IMG/VR virus record: IMGVR_UViG_3300027974_001530
Reading direction: 5' to 3' (one strand)
Length of the DNA: 64,000 bases
Origin: a virus
Taxonomy: Duplodnaviria > Caudoviricetes
The translations under genes and the position numbers were made by a program. Under the pieces are notes generated by a model that ran no database searches, was not told the DNA's origin, and was given only the letters and a program-made list of their open reading frames with translations. Shown in pieces: positions 5,768-12,503 of this stretch (its first letter is position 1; every line of letters begins with the position of its first letter).

Positions 5768-5835
5768 TCCCGTATGTTGGACTTGAACCAACCTCAAGTC
5801 GGATATGAGCCAACTTTGATCCCTGATCATACGGG
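5768..5835 (-). tRNA. Compact (68 nt) tRNA(CAU), presumed elongator Met
   Basis: Acceptor CCCGUAU/AUACGGG, minimal D-arm GAU-CAGGG-AUC, 6-bp anticodon stem AGUUGG/CCGACU, loop CU-CAU-AU. Confidence 0.75.
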
Positions 5836-5849
5836 TTGTTGTTTTATAT

Positions 5850-5932
5850 CTATCCGGAAATTTTCCTAATAGATTATTCAATTGTAGATGTCTATCCGGA
5901 AAAAAAGTCATCCTATCCGGAAAATTTCCGGA
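5850..5932. repeat. CTATCCGGAAA x3 plus one inverted TTTCCGGA
   Basis: Copies at 5850, 5892 and 5913; inverted copy at 5925. Confidence 0.8.
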
Positions 5933-5941
5933 TTTTAATCG

Positions 5942-6027
5942 AGGAAGACATTGGAATCGAACCAAATACCCTTACGGGTACATCTCGCTTAGCAGGCGGA
6001 CCCTATCTCCATCAAGGTTTATCTTCC
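5942..6027 (-). tRNA. tRNA-Ser(GCU)
   Basis: Long variable arm GUACCC-GUAA-GGGUAU, loop CU-GCU-AA. Confidence 0.9.
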
Positions 6028-6085
6028 ATAGAGTGTGGTACTCCTGCAGTAGTTGGGGCACCCACACAAGTTATTCCCCTTTTTG

Positions 6086-6158
6086 TGCTCACGATAGGTT
6101 ACGATCCTATTCTCTCCACGATATCAGCGTGGTGCTTTCCCGATTAAGCTACGTGAGC
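6086..6158 (-). tRNA. tRNA-Ile(GAU)
   Basis: Stem CCACG/CGUGG, loop CU-GAU-AU. Confidence 0.92.
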
Positions 6159-6165
6159 ATTGTTG

Positions 6166-6238
6166 CGGACAAGGTAGGGTACGATCCTACAACCCTCGTA
6201 TTAACAGTACGATGCTCTCCCAATTGAGCTACTTGTCC
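6166..6238 (-). tRNA. tRNA-Asn(GUU)
   Basis: Stem UCGUA/UACGA, loop CU-GUU-AA, G73. Confidence 0.93.
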
Positions 6239-6244
6239 ATTTTT

Positions 6245-6330
6245 TGGTGGGAGAGGAGGGACTCGAACCCCCAAGGTCTCACGACGACAGATTTACAGTC
6301 TGCTGAGCCAACCAATTGCTCAACTCTCCC
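6245..6330 (-). tRNA. tRNA-Tyr(GUA)
   Basis: Loop CU-GUA-AA, long variable arm, encoded CCA. Confidence 0.93.
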
Positions 6331-6338
6331 AGTTCAGG

Positions 6339-6454
6339 AAAGGGGAAGATGGTTCCGTGGACATCCCCTTTTATGATTGGCGTTACTATGACAGTTAAAA
6401 CTCCGACATAACTACGAACTACTGACACGTTAACGTTATATCATTCCCCAATCA
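6339..6454 (-). ncRNA. Candidate structured ncRNA (~115 nt)
   Basis: Stems UGAUUGG/CCAAUCA, GAUAUAAC/GUUAUGUC and AAAGGGGA/UCCCCUUU. Confidence 0.45.
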
Positions 6455-6461
6455 ACCTTTG

Positions 6462-6535
6462 TACACCCTACAGGGATCGAACCTGTGACCTGTTGTATGT
6501 AAAACAACCGCTACTACCATCTGAGCTAAAGGTGC
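6462..6535 (-). tRNA. tRNA-Val(UAC)
   Basis: Stem GUUGU/ACAAC, loop UU-UAC-AU. Confidence 0.92.
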
Positions 6536-6537
6536 GT

Positions 6538-6753
6538 TTATGATGTTATCATTTTAATACTTTCAATTGTGGTAGAGTACATTCCTTGTTCAATATAAGG
6601 TTTACTATCTTTTAATAGTTTCAAAACAATTTCTGTTGCCTCGTTTTCGGATTTACCTTGTTTAACCAATCTTACGATTGCTCTCTCACATTCTTCCCCA
6701 ACCTTAACCATTCCGTTTGGCAGTCCTTTTTTAATTTTCTCTACTTTATTCAT
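6538..6753 (-). CDS. Hypothetical protein
   Basis: 71-aa ORF behind promoter TTTGGTAG...TAACTTTG (6755-6789). Confidence 0.7.
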   Translation of the reverse strand: MNKVEKIKKGLPNGMVKVGEECERAIVRLVKQGKSENEATEIVLKLLKDSKPYIEQGMYSTTIESIKMITS

Positions 6754-6796
6754 AGTACAAAGTTAATGGTTTTTTTTAATCTACCAAATTTTTTTG

Positions 6797-6872
6797 TGTC
6801 CCCGACAGGGTTCGAACCTGTGACCCCTCCATTAAAAGTGGAGTGCTCTGAAACCAACTGAGCTACGAAGAC
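6797..6872 (-). tRNA. tRNA-Lys(UUU)
   Basis: Stem CUCCA/UGGAG, loop CU-UUU-AA. Confidence 0.93.
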
Positions 6873-6877
6873 ATTAG

Positions 6878-6953
6878 TCGGGATACCAGGACTCAAACCT
6901 GGATGATGTCCACTTCCCAAAAGTGGCGACTTAGTCAATTAGTCCACATCCCG
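6878..6953 (-). tRNA. tRNA-Pro(UGG)
   Basis: C1:G72, loop UU-UGG-GA. Confidence 0.9.
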
Positions 6954-6959
6954 TTATAG

Positions 6960-7043
6960 AGGAAGAAGTAGGTGTCGATCCCAATACCTTTCGGTACCGC
7001 CCGTTTTCAAGACGGGGTCACAAGCCGTTGTGATTCATCTTCC
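6960..7043 (-). tRNA. tRNA-Ser(UGA)
   Basis: Stem CCCGU/ACGGG, loop CU-UGA-AA, long variable arm. Confidence 0.9.
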
Positions 7044-7049
7044 TTATTG

Positions 7050-7121
7050 TTGTTCCCCAAGGGTTCGAACCTCGATTCCATGGACCAAAACCATGTGTCC
7101 TGCCGATTAGACGAGGGAACA
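7050..7121 (-). tRNA. tRNA-Gln(UUG)
   Basis: U1:A72, stem CAUGG/CCAUG, loop UU-UUG-GU. Confidence 0.92.
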
Positions 7122-7158
7122 TTAATGAATCCAATATGTCAAAGAACTTTTTCTTTTG

Positions 7159-7231
7159 AGGTTCCTATCAGGGTCGAACTGATGACTCCGGGTTACAAAG
7201 CCGGGATATTACCAAACTATACTAAGGAACC
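7159..7231 (-). tRNA. tRNA-Thr(UGU)
   Basis: Acceptor GGUUCCU/AGGAACC, loop UU-UGU-AA. Confidence 0.9.
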
Positions 7232-7245
7232 AAATTTTTGGGTAT

Positions 7246-7275
7246 AAAAAAACCCTAACTGTTTTGAGTTAGGGT
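7246..7275 (-). terminator. Intrinsic terminator (attenuator 1)
   Basis: ACCCUAACU-CAAAAC-AGUUAGGGU-UUUUUU, ~15 nt before the first tRNA. Confidence 0.88.
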
Positions 7276-7307
7276 CTTATATTTCTTATATGTTTAGTTA
7301 ATCTTTA

Positions 7308-7418
7308 TCAACTCATAAATAAAAATGCCCTATTATGCGACTTAAGCGTACGATACACGTTAAACGACCACTGAATGCTCGGGTTACAAATGTTCATATG
7401 TCTATTAGTTGTTTTCAT
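7308..7418 (-). CDS. Putative attenuator leader peptide 1 (MKTTNRHMNICNPSIQWSFNVYRTLKSHNRAFLFMS)
   Basis: 36-aa ORF between ATATTTATAA and the terminator; has a codon for each of the 18 downstream tRNAs. Confidence 0.8.
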   Translation of the reverse strand: MKTTNRHMNICNPSIQWSFNVYRTLKSHNRAFLFMS

Positions 7419-7424
7419 CTTGTT

Positions 7425-7432
7425 ATAAATAT
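7425..7432 (-). promoter_or_regulatory. Phage (putative late) promoter motif ATATTTAT
   Basis: Same motif sits ~5-35 nt upstream of more than 25 genes, e.g. 2813, 3554, 14612, 20627(+), 23753(+), 24440(+), 30017(+). Confidence 0.6.
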
Positions 7433-7482
7433 ATTGTTTTTTCTAAAAATTTTAATTCTTGTACAAATATATGTGATTTTTT

Positions 7483-7599
7483 TTAATTGACAATCGTTTT
7501 TTCAATATTTTCCTGTTCTTCATCCAATCTACGTAAGAACACGTAGTAATCTTCCGATTCTATAAATTCGTTATGAATTAATTCTAAAATTTCTTCCAT
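7483..7599 (-). CDS. Possible small acidic protein (38 aa)
   Basis: Manually read ORF MEEILELIHNEF...KTIVN. Confidence 0.4.
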   Translation of the reverse strand: MEEILELIHNEFIESEDYYVFLRRLDEEQENIEKTIVN

Positions 7600-7600
7600 A

Positions 7601-7789
7601 TTATATTTTTTTTACTTCGTATATGTGACCTGAATCAGAATTAGTTTGGAAGATCTCTTTCATTTTTTCAGCCTCTTCGATGGTGTTAAATTCCCACACT
7701 TCAGTTTCGGTATTTAATAATATTACAGGAAGTCTTTTACCTGAAATTCCTTTATTATTTGTTTTTACGTGTTTAATTATAATGAACAT
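7601..7789 (-). CDS. Hypothetical protein
   Basis: 62-aa ORF. Confidence 0.7.
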   Translation of the reverse strand: MFIIIKHVKTNNKGISGKRLPVILLNTETEVWEFNTIEEAEKMKEIFQTNSDSGHIYEVKKI

Positions 7790-7833
7790 AAGTTTTTTAT
7801 TTAAAAATACTTAATACTTAAAACAATATCAAG

Positions 7834-9534
7834 TTAAAATCTTAATTTTGGTAGATCAAGTCTTCTATTTGGTTTTGGCGGATTAAACTCATCATTAATT
7901 TGTCTCTTTGTTTTTTGTTTTATTTGTTCAACATTTTTTCTTTGTTCTGTTACTATATTAACTTCAGTTACTTTTTCTTTGTTTTTAAGAATATTAAATA
8001 AAGGATTGTCCGAAACTACTTTTTGTTTTTTACGAATAAAAACTTCTTCTATTATTTTTGGTTCTTTGTTAAAAATAGAAACCAAACATTTTTCATTATT
8101 TGTTTCAACTATTTCAGGGTAAACAAACGTTTCTAAAATCCCATCATGGTCAATAATTTTAAAATCCCTTATGTTTAATTTTTTAGGATTGCCGTCACCT
8201 TTTTTAGATTTTGATATTTGTTGATATTGGAATCTTTTTGGTGATCTTAGTCCGGTGTCAGTACGACTTGTTAAACCATTATCATGAATTCTTCTTTTAA
8301 ATAAAGTTACAGGTGTATGTAGTATTTTACATTTTCTCTTATATAATCTACCCATAAAATCAGAATCAGCAGCACACATCCAAGGTTCAAAACCATTCAT
8401 ATTTAAGAATAATTCCTTAGTTATTGCAAACACACCCTCACCAAAAAGTGACTTATTTGACGGTGTAATACCAACACCAAAATCTTTATATTTTGGCTTT
8501 ATACAATCATATTTATCAATATTATTAATAATTGTTGACACTAATTCTTTTTCTGATATATCATCAGAATCAAAAAATAATAAATTTTTAGAATTACATA
8601 TACTTGTTAAAGTGTTCTTAATTGAGTAAGGACCTTCATTTTCATTGAAATAAAAAAATGTTACGTTTTTTGGGAACTTTTTTCCTTTAATAAAATCCAT
8701 AGTTTCTTTACACCCGTCAACCCCAATTAAAATCTCCACATTATAATTTTCTGTGGATTTGACCAAAGAATTTATACATTCGTCAAGGTAATTTGTATTC
8801 TTATATGTTGGTACAATTATAGATAAATCAAAATTATGTTTAGTCACTAATTTAGTTTTTAATCTTTCAGTATAATTCATTTTAGATTCATGATCCCCAT
8901 GAATTACCATAGATTTTTTGGTGTGGTATAGGAAAAACTTTTTTTTGTTTAATCTATCAGTTATTTGATGACCAACACCAGAACTTAGATTTGGGTTTTT
9001 AGACCACCTAGATAGTGGTATATCATATATTTTATAATCCAAGGACTCAAAAAACTTTTTTTCACAAATAAAACATAGGTCATTCCATTGCGTTTGATAA
9101 AAATCCCCATAATCCACCCCTTTAGGGTAACCCCAATTATCTCTAAGAACTCTATCGTCTGTTAATATGTTTAAACATATTTTTTTTCTTGAGTCAATTT
9201 TTATGTACATCTCTTTAGTTTCTTCAAAAAAATTATCAACTAATTTAATGTCGTCAGGTAAATAAATAAAATATTTAGAATGAATATTTTTTACAAATTC
9301 AAAAGTTTTATTAATAACATTATAATACTTTTTTTTACCCATGTTTGGGTAAATATCTATTTTTTTTACGTCATACCTACTAAGGTCATATTCAACGTCG
9401 CTACCATCATTAAAAACCGCAACCAAAACATTATAATCTTTTTTTTGGTTATTTATATCATCTAATAACCTTTTTAAAAAATCAGGTCTATTATATGTGG
9501 TAATTAAAATACAAAAATCATAAATTTTATCCAT
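7834..9534 (-). CDS. Double-domain GT2-family glycosyltransferase
   Basis: Two GT-A starts (LITTYNRPDFL; IIVPTYKN...FFDSDD), AADSDF motif. Confidence 0.85.
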   Translation of the reverse strand: MDKIYDFCILITTYNRPDFLKRLLDDINNQKKDYNVLVAVFNDGSDVEYDLSRYDVKKIDIYPNMGKKKYYNVINKTFEFVKNIHSKYFIYLPDDIKLVDNFFEETKEMYIKIDSRKKICLNILTDDRVLRDNWGYPKGVDYGDFYQTQWNDLCFICEKKFFESLDYKIYDIPLSRWSKNPNLSSGVGHQITDRLNKKKFFLYHTKKSMVIHGDHESKMNYTERLKTKLVTKHNFDLSIIVPTYKNTNYLDECINSLVKSTENYNVEILIGVDGCKETMDFIKGKKFPKNVTFFYFNENEGPYSIKNTLTSICNSKNLLFFDSDDISEKELVSTIINNIDKYDCIKPKYKDFGVGITPSNKSLFGEGVFAITKELFLNMNGFEPWMCAADSDFMGRLYKRKCKILHTPVTLFKRRIHDNGLTSRTDTGLRSPKRFQYQQISKSKKGDGNPKKLNIRDFKIIDHDGILETFVYPEIVETNNEKCLVSIFNKEPKIIEEVFIRKKQKVVSDNPLFNILKNKEKVTEVNIVTEQRKNVEQIKQKTKRQINDEFNPPKPNRRLDLPKLRF

Positions 9535-9535
9535 A

Positions 9536-10156
9536 TTAAATATTTAAAATACTTTTACATTTATTCAAGAAAAAACTGTCTTTTTTTCTGAATCTAGATT
9601 CAAAAGAATGATAAGTGTTATTCTCATAGTTTGTCCCATACCCAAACCAAATATTGTCTTTTAATTTAACAGTTGGAACTTCTACGCTTGTTGGGTATAA
9701 TAATTTAATCTTTACGTCTTTTTCTATTGCGTTATGGGTTATTTCTGCACCACAATCTGATCTATTATTTGTTGTAAAACTTGGTTTACCTAATCTTTCA
9801 TATGTCTTCATAGTAAAAACCATAAAAGAAGGTGCAACATAAATAAAAGTATTATGAGGTTTCATTAATTTAGGGGCTAACTGAGAGTTACCAAATACAC
9901 CATCATTTTTTATCACCCATTCAACCGCATGTCCTATTATTTTTTTGTTTAATGGAATACAATCAATATCAAATAGAACAATAACTTCATTTGGGTCTTC
10001 AATTGTTGTTAAATAATCGTCAATTGAATTACCATGACTAACCCAATTTGATACGTTTATCTGATTTATATCATATTTAAAATGATTAAATACTTTTTTT
10101 TGATAATCAACAACTATTGGGTTTATTTTTTCATTATAAAATGTTATTATCCTCAT
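9536..10156 (-). CDS. Putative GT-A fold glycosyltransferase
   Basis: VLFDIDCIP DxD motif; sits in the GT cluster. Confidence 0.6.
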   Translation of the reverse strand: MRIITFYNEKINPIVVDYQKKVFNHFKYDINQINVSNWVSHGNSIDDYLTTIEDPNEVIVLFDIDCIPLNKKIIGHAVEWVIKNDGVFGNSQLAPKLMKPHNTFIYVAPSFMVFTMKTYERLGKPSFTTNNRSDCGAEITHNAIEKDVKIKLLYPTSVEVPTVKLKDNIWFGYGTNYENNTYHSFESRFRKKDSFFLNKCKSILNI

Positions 10157-10159
10157 ATT

Positions 10160-10903
10160 TTATAAGTAGTTATTAATGTCCTTTATCCAATTTTGTTTTT
10201 GAGAATAAATTGTTTTTTTACCTGGGTTTTGGTTTTTAATAAAAGGGGTGTCCTTCCAAAGAATTAAAATATCCTTATTCATTGCACCAGCACAATGAGC
10301 TAATCCTGTATCATTTGATATTATCTTTTTTGCATCCCTAACTAACGATAAAGATCTTCTAATATCTCCAATCTCAATTCGGTCACATATTTTTTCCATC
10401 CAAGGATTTTGTTTCATATCGGATTCAGATCCGGTAAACACCAAAGGTAATTTACTTTTTTCTTTAATTTGATAAAAAATAATTTCGGATATTTCCTTTT
10501 TTCCAAACCAATGTGGTTTTGGGTCTTTATCATTCATAGATAACCCACCTAAACCATTAAGTAAAAGTATATAATCTTCATTATTTTTAGGTATTTCACT
10601 AACATTATCAACATACGTGTGATACTTTTCTGTCCAAGGTTGATTGATAACATTTTCAAAAACGTATTTATAGTCTGGCGTATTTCTGTTAACCATACTA
10701 CTTGATATTGTTGGTTCTCTTCTTAATTTACCTACGTGATTCATAAATTCACAATCGATGAAACATTCCTTAACATAAGGAGTTGTAAAATAAACGTCTA
10801 TTTTTTCTCCACGTATTTCCGATAATTTTTTTATTGTTGGCGTTAACATTATAAAATTACCTAAAGCGTAGGATTTATTCTGTTCTATTAATGGTCTTTT
10901 CAT
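10160..10903 (-). CDS. GT9-family (heptosyltransferase-like) glycosyltransferase
   Basis: ALGNFIMLTP N-terminus and ISNDTGLAHCAGA motif. Confidence 0.8.
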   Translation of the reverse strand: MKRPLIEQNKSYALGNFIMLTPTIKKLSEIRGEKIDVYFTTPYVKECFIDCEFMNHVGKLRREPTISSSMVNRNTPDYKYVFENVINQPWTEKYHTYVDNVSEIPKNNEDYILLLNGLGGLSMNDKDPKPHWFGKKEISEIIFYQIKEKSKLPLVFTGSESDMKQNPWMEKICDRIEIGDIRRSLSLVRDAKKIISNDTGLAHCAGAMNKDILILWKDTPFIKNQNPGKKTIYSQKQNWIKDINNYL

Positions 10904-10942
10904 ATTAAAAATTTATATAATTTTTTACATAAATACAGTGTT

Positions 10943-10970
10943 AAAAACAAAATGGGAACCTAAGTTCCCA
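10943..10970 (-). terminator. Intrinsic terminator
   Basis: UGGGAAC-UUAG-GUUCCCA followed by a U-rich tract. Confidence 0.8.
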
Positions 10971-10984
10971 AATTGCTAGATAAT

Positions 10985-11001
10985 GAACACCTCCCCTTTC
11001 T
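10985..11001 (-). promoter_or_regulatory. Extended Shine-Dalgarno-like element with no downstream gene
   Basis: AGAAAGGGGAGGUGUUC is complementary (13 bp with G.U) to the Bacteroidota 16S 3' tail GAACACCUCCUUUCU as recalled. Confidence 0.5.
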
Positions 11002-11051
11002 TTGATGGTTTATCCTTACCAATCAACTACGATCGATAAGTGTTTTCAGTA

Positions 11052-12482
11052 TCACCTATAACTTTTATTTTTAGTACAAACTCCACTATTAAGTCTAACC
11101 GCAAAGTCTCCCATGGTAGCACTTGGTAATTGATTTAAAAAACTAATTAATTCTTTTCTACCTTTTCTCATTTCTTTATCGAACATGTTTTTAGTACCTA
11201 ATTTACCTAAATCTTCGTATTGTTTATCACACCAACATTTTTGTATTTCGGTCTTTACATTAACCAATAAAGTTGGTGAGTAAACTCCATCCTCTTGGTA
11301 TGTTTCTCTATAAACACCTAGAATATTTTTACAATTGTCAAAATTTCTATTTTTACTTACCTCGTTATAAAAACTTGTTATTTCCGAAACTGACTCTTTA
11401 TTATTTGTTTTTAAAGGCTGAGTATCAGTATACGTATAAACCATCATCATAAGATTAAGTCTACCTGATTTATATACAGACCTTAATTGTCCTCTAAACA
11501 CAAAATCTCTAATTTGTTTTTCCGTTGGTGATGTTAATGGGTCATAACCGTAAGCCGTTTTACTTTCATTTGCGGATGTTTTTATTTCATTGATTAATGT
11601 GTCAATACTTCCAAAAACATCGGTCCCTGTAGGATCTACCTTTTTTTGGAAAAAATCTTTGTATTTTTCTACGTTATACGATATTTTTAATGTCTCCATC
11701 ATTTCCACAAATGAACCAAAATCAGAAGAACTAACTTTTTGATTTATTAGTTCCACAATTTGTTTAGTTACTTGTGTTAACATTTTTAAAGACAGGAAAT
11801 TTGGAACATACTCCGATGGAGATAGGGTGTTTACGTTAATCCAACCTGTCGGGTCGTAAAAACTATTTAATATAGTTCTATATTGTTCCATAGAATTAAC
11901 AAGTTGTTGAGCATCAGGATCAACCTCTTGTTTTTTTGCCACGCAATTTTTTGTTGTCTCATCATAGTTCATTCCTTGAGACTCACATTCTTTCTTTTTT
12001 GCTTCAGGATCCACAACAGGGTTTTGGTTACCCTTTTTCCACTCTTCAAATTTTAATTTTAATTCTTTCCATGCCGCCTTTAATCCAGGACCACATGGTT
12101 TTGTTAATGATTGTTGATAAGTACAAGTTTTAGCGACTCCACTACCATTAACACCACAAGCTTTTGATTTATGAGCTATTGTATCAGGATTTCCTGACCC
12201 GTCAACCCATCCTTGACTAATCCAAATATATTTTATAAATTCAGGTTTTTCTGTTTCACTAGGACATTCGTTTGATACGACAGGAGGAGTTACAACAACA
12301 GGAGTCGATCCCTTTTTTTTACATTTAAAATAATTACTTCTAGTATCCTTCCAGTAATTATAATTAGCAGAATCGGACATATTCGCATATTCTGTTTGGG
12401 TTATAGTAACCTTTGTTCCGGCTTGACAATCAGTGGTCTCATTAAATTCAAGTAATAAATTAAGTAATTTAAAATTTTTCAT
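11052..12482 (-). CDS. Hypothetical putative virion protein (Cys-rich N-terminal half)
   Basis: 476 aa; N-terminal LLLEFNE. Confidence 0.85.
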   Translation of the reverse strand: MKNFKLLNLLLEFNETTDCQAGTKVTITQTEYANMSDSANYNYWKDTRSNYFKCKKKGSTPVVVTPPVVSNECPSETEKPEFIKYIWISQGWVDGSGNPDTIAHKSKACGVNGSGVAKTCTYQQSLTKPCGPGLKAAWKELKLKFEEWKKGNQNPVVDPEAKKKECESQGMNYDETTKNCVAKKQEVDPDAQQLVNSMEQYRTILNSFYDPTGWINVNTLSPSEYVPNFLSLKMLTQVTKQIVELINQKVSSSDFGSFVEMMETLKISYNVEKYKDFFQKKVDPTGTDVFGSIDTLINEIKTSANESKTAYGYDPLTSPTEKQIRDFVFRGQLRSVYKSGRLNLMMMVYTYTDTQPLKTNNKESVSEITSFYNEVSKNRNFDNCKNILGVYRETYQEDGVYSPTLLVNVKTEIQKCWCDKQYEDLGKLGTKNMFDKEMRKGRKELISFLNQLPSATMGDFAVRLNSGVCTKNKSYR

Positions 12483-12503
12483 ATATTTTTTTATAATTTA
12501 ATG

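Noticed and set aside
5768-5835. Pyrrolysine or selenocysteine tRNA
   Set aside because: The architecture is Pyl-like but the anticodon is CAU; no pyl or sel genes are seen.
11-7247. ORF-track entries overlapping tRNA genes (11-208, 2002-2217, 3740-3922, 5314-5520, 5651-5965, 5836-6147, 6033-6227, 6658-6861, 6750-6938, 6972-7247)
   Set aside because: They are translations of tRNA or ncRNA sequence on either strand, with no protein-like composition.
10972-11001. rpsU (bS21) remnant behind the strong SD
   Set aside because: Only GTG TTC ATT ATC TAG follows, overlapping the SD itself; there is no bS21 coding sequence.
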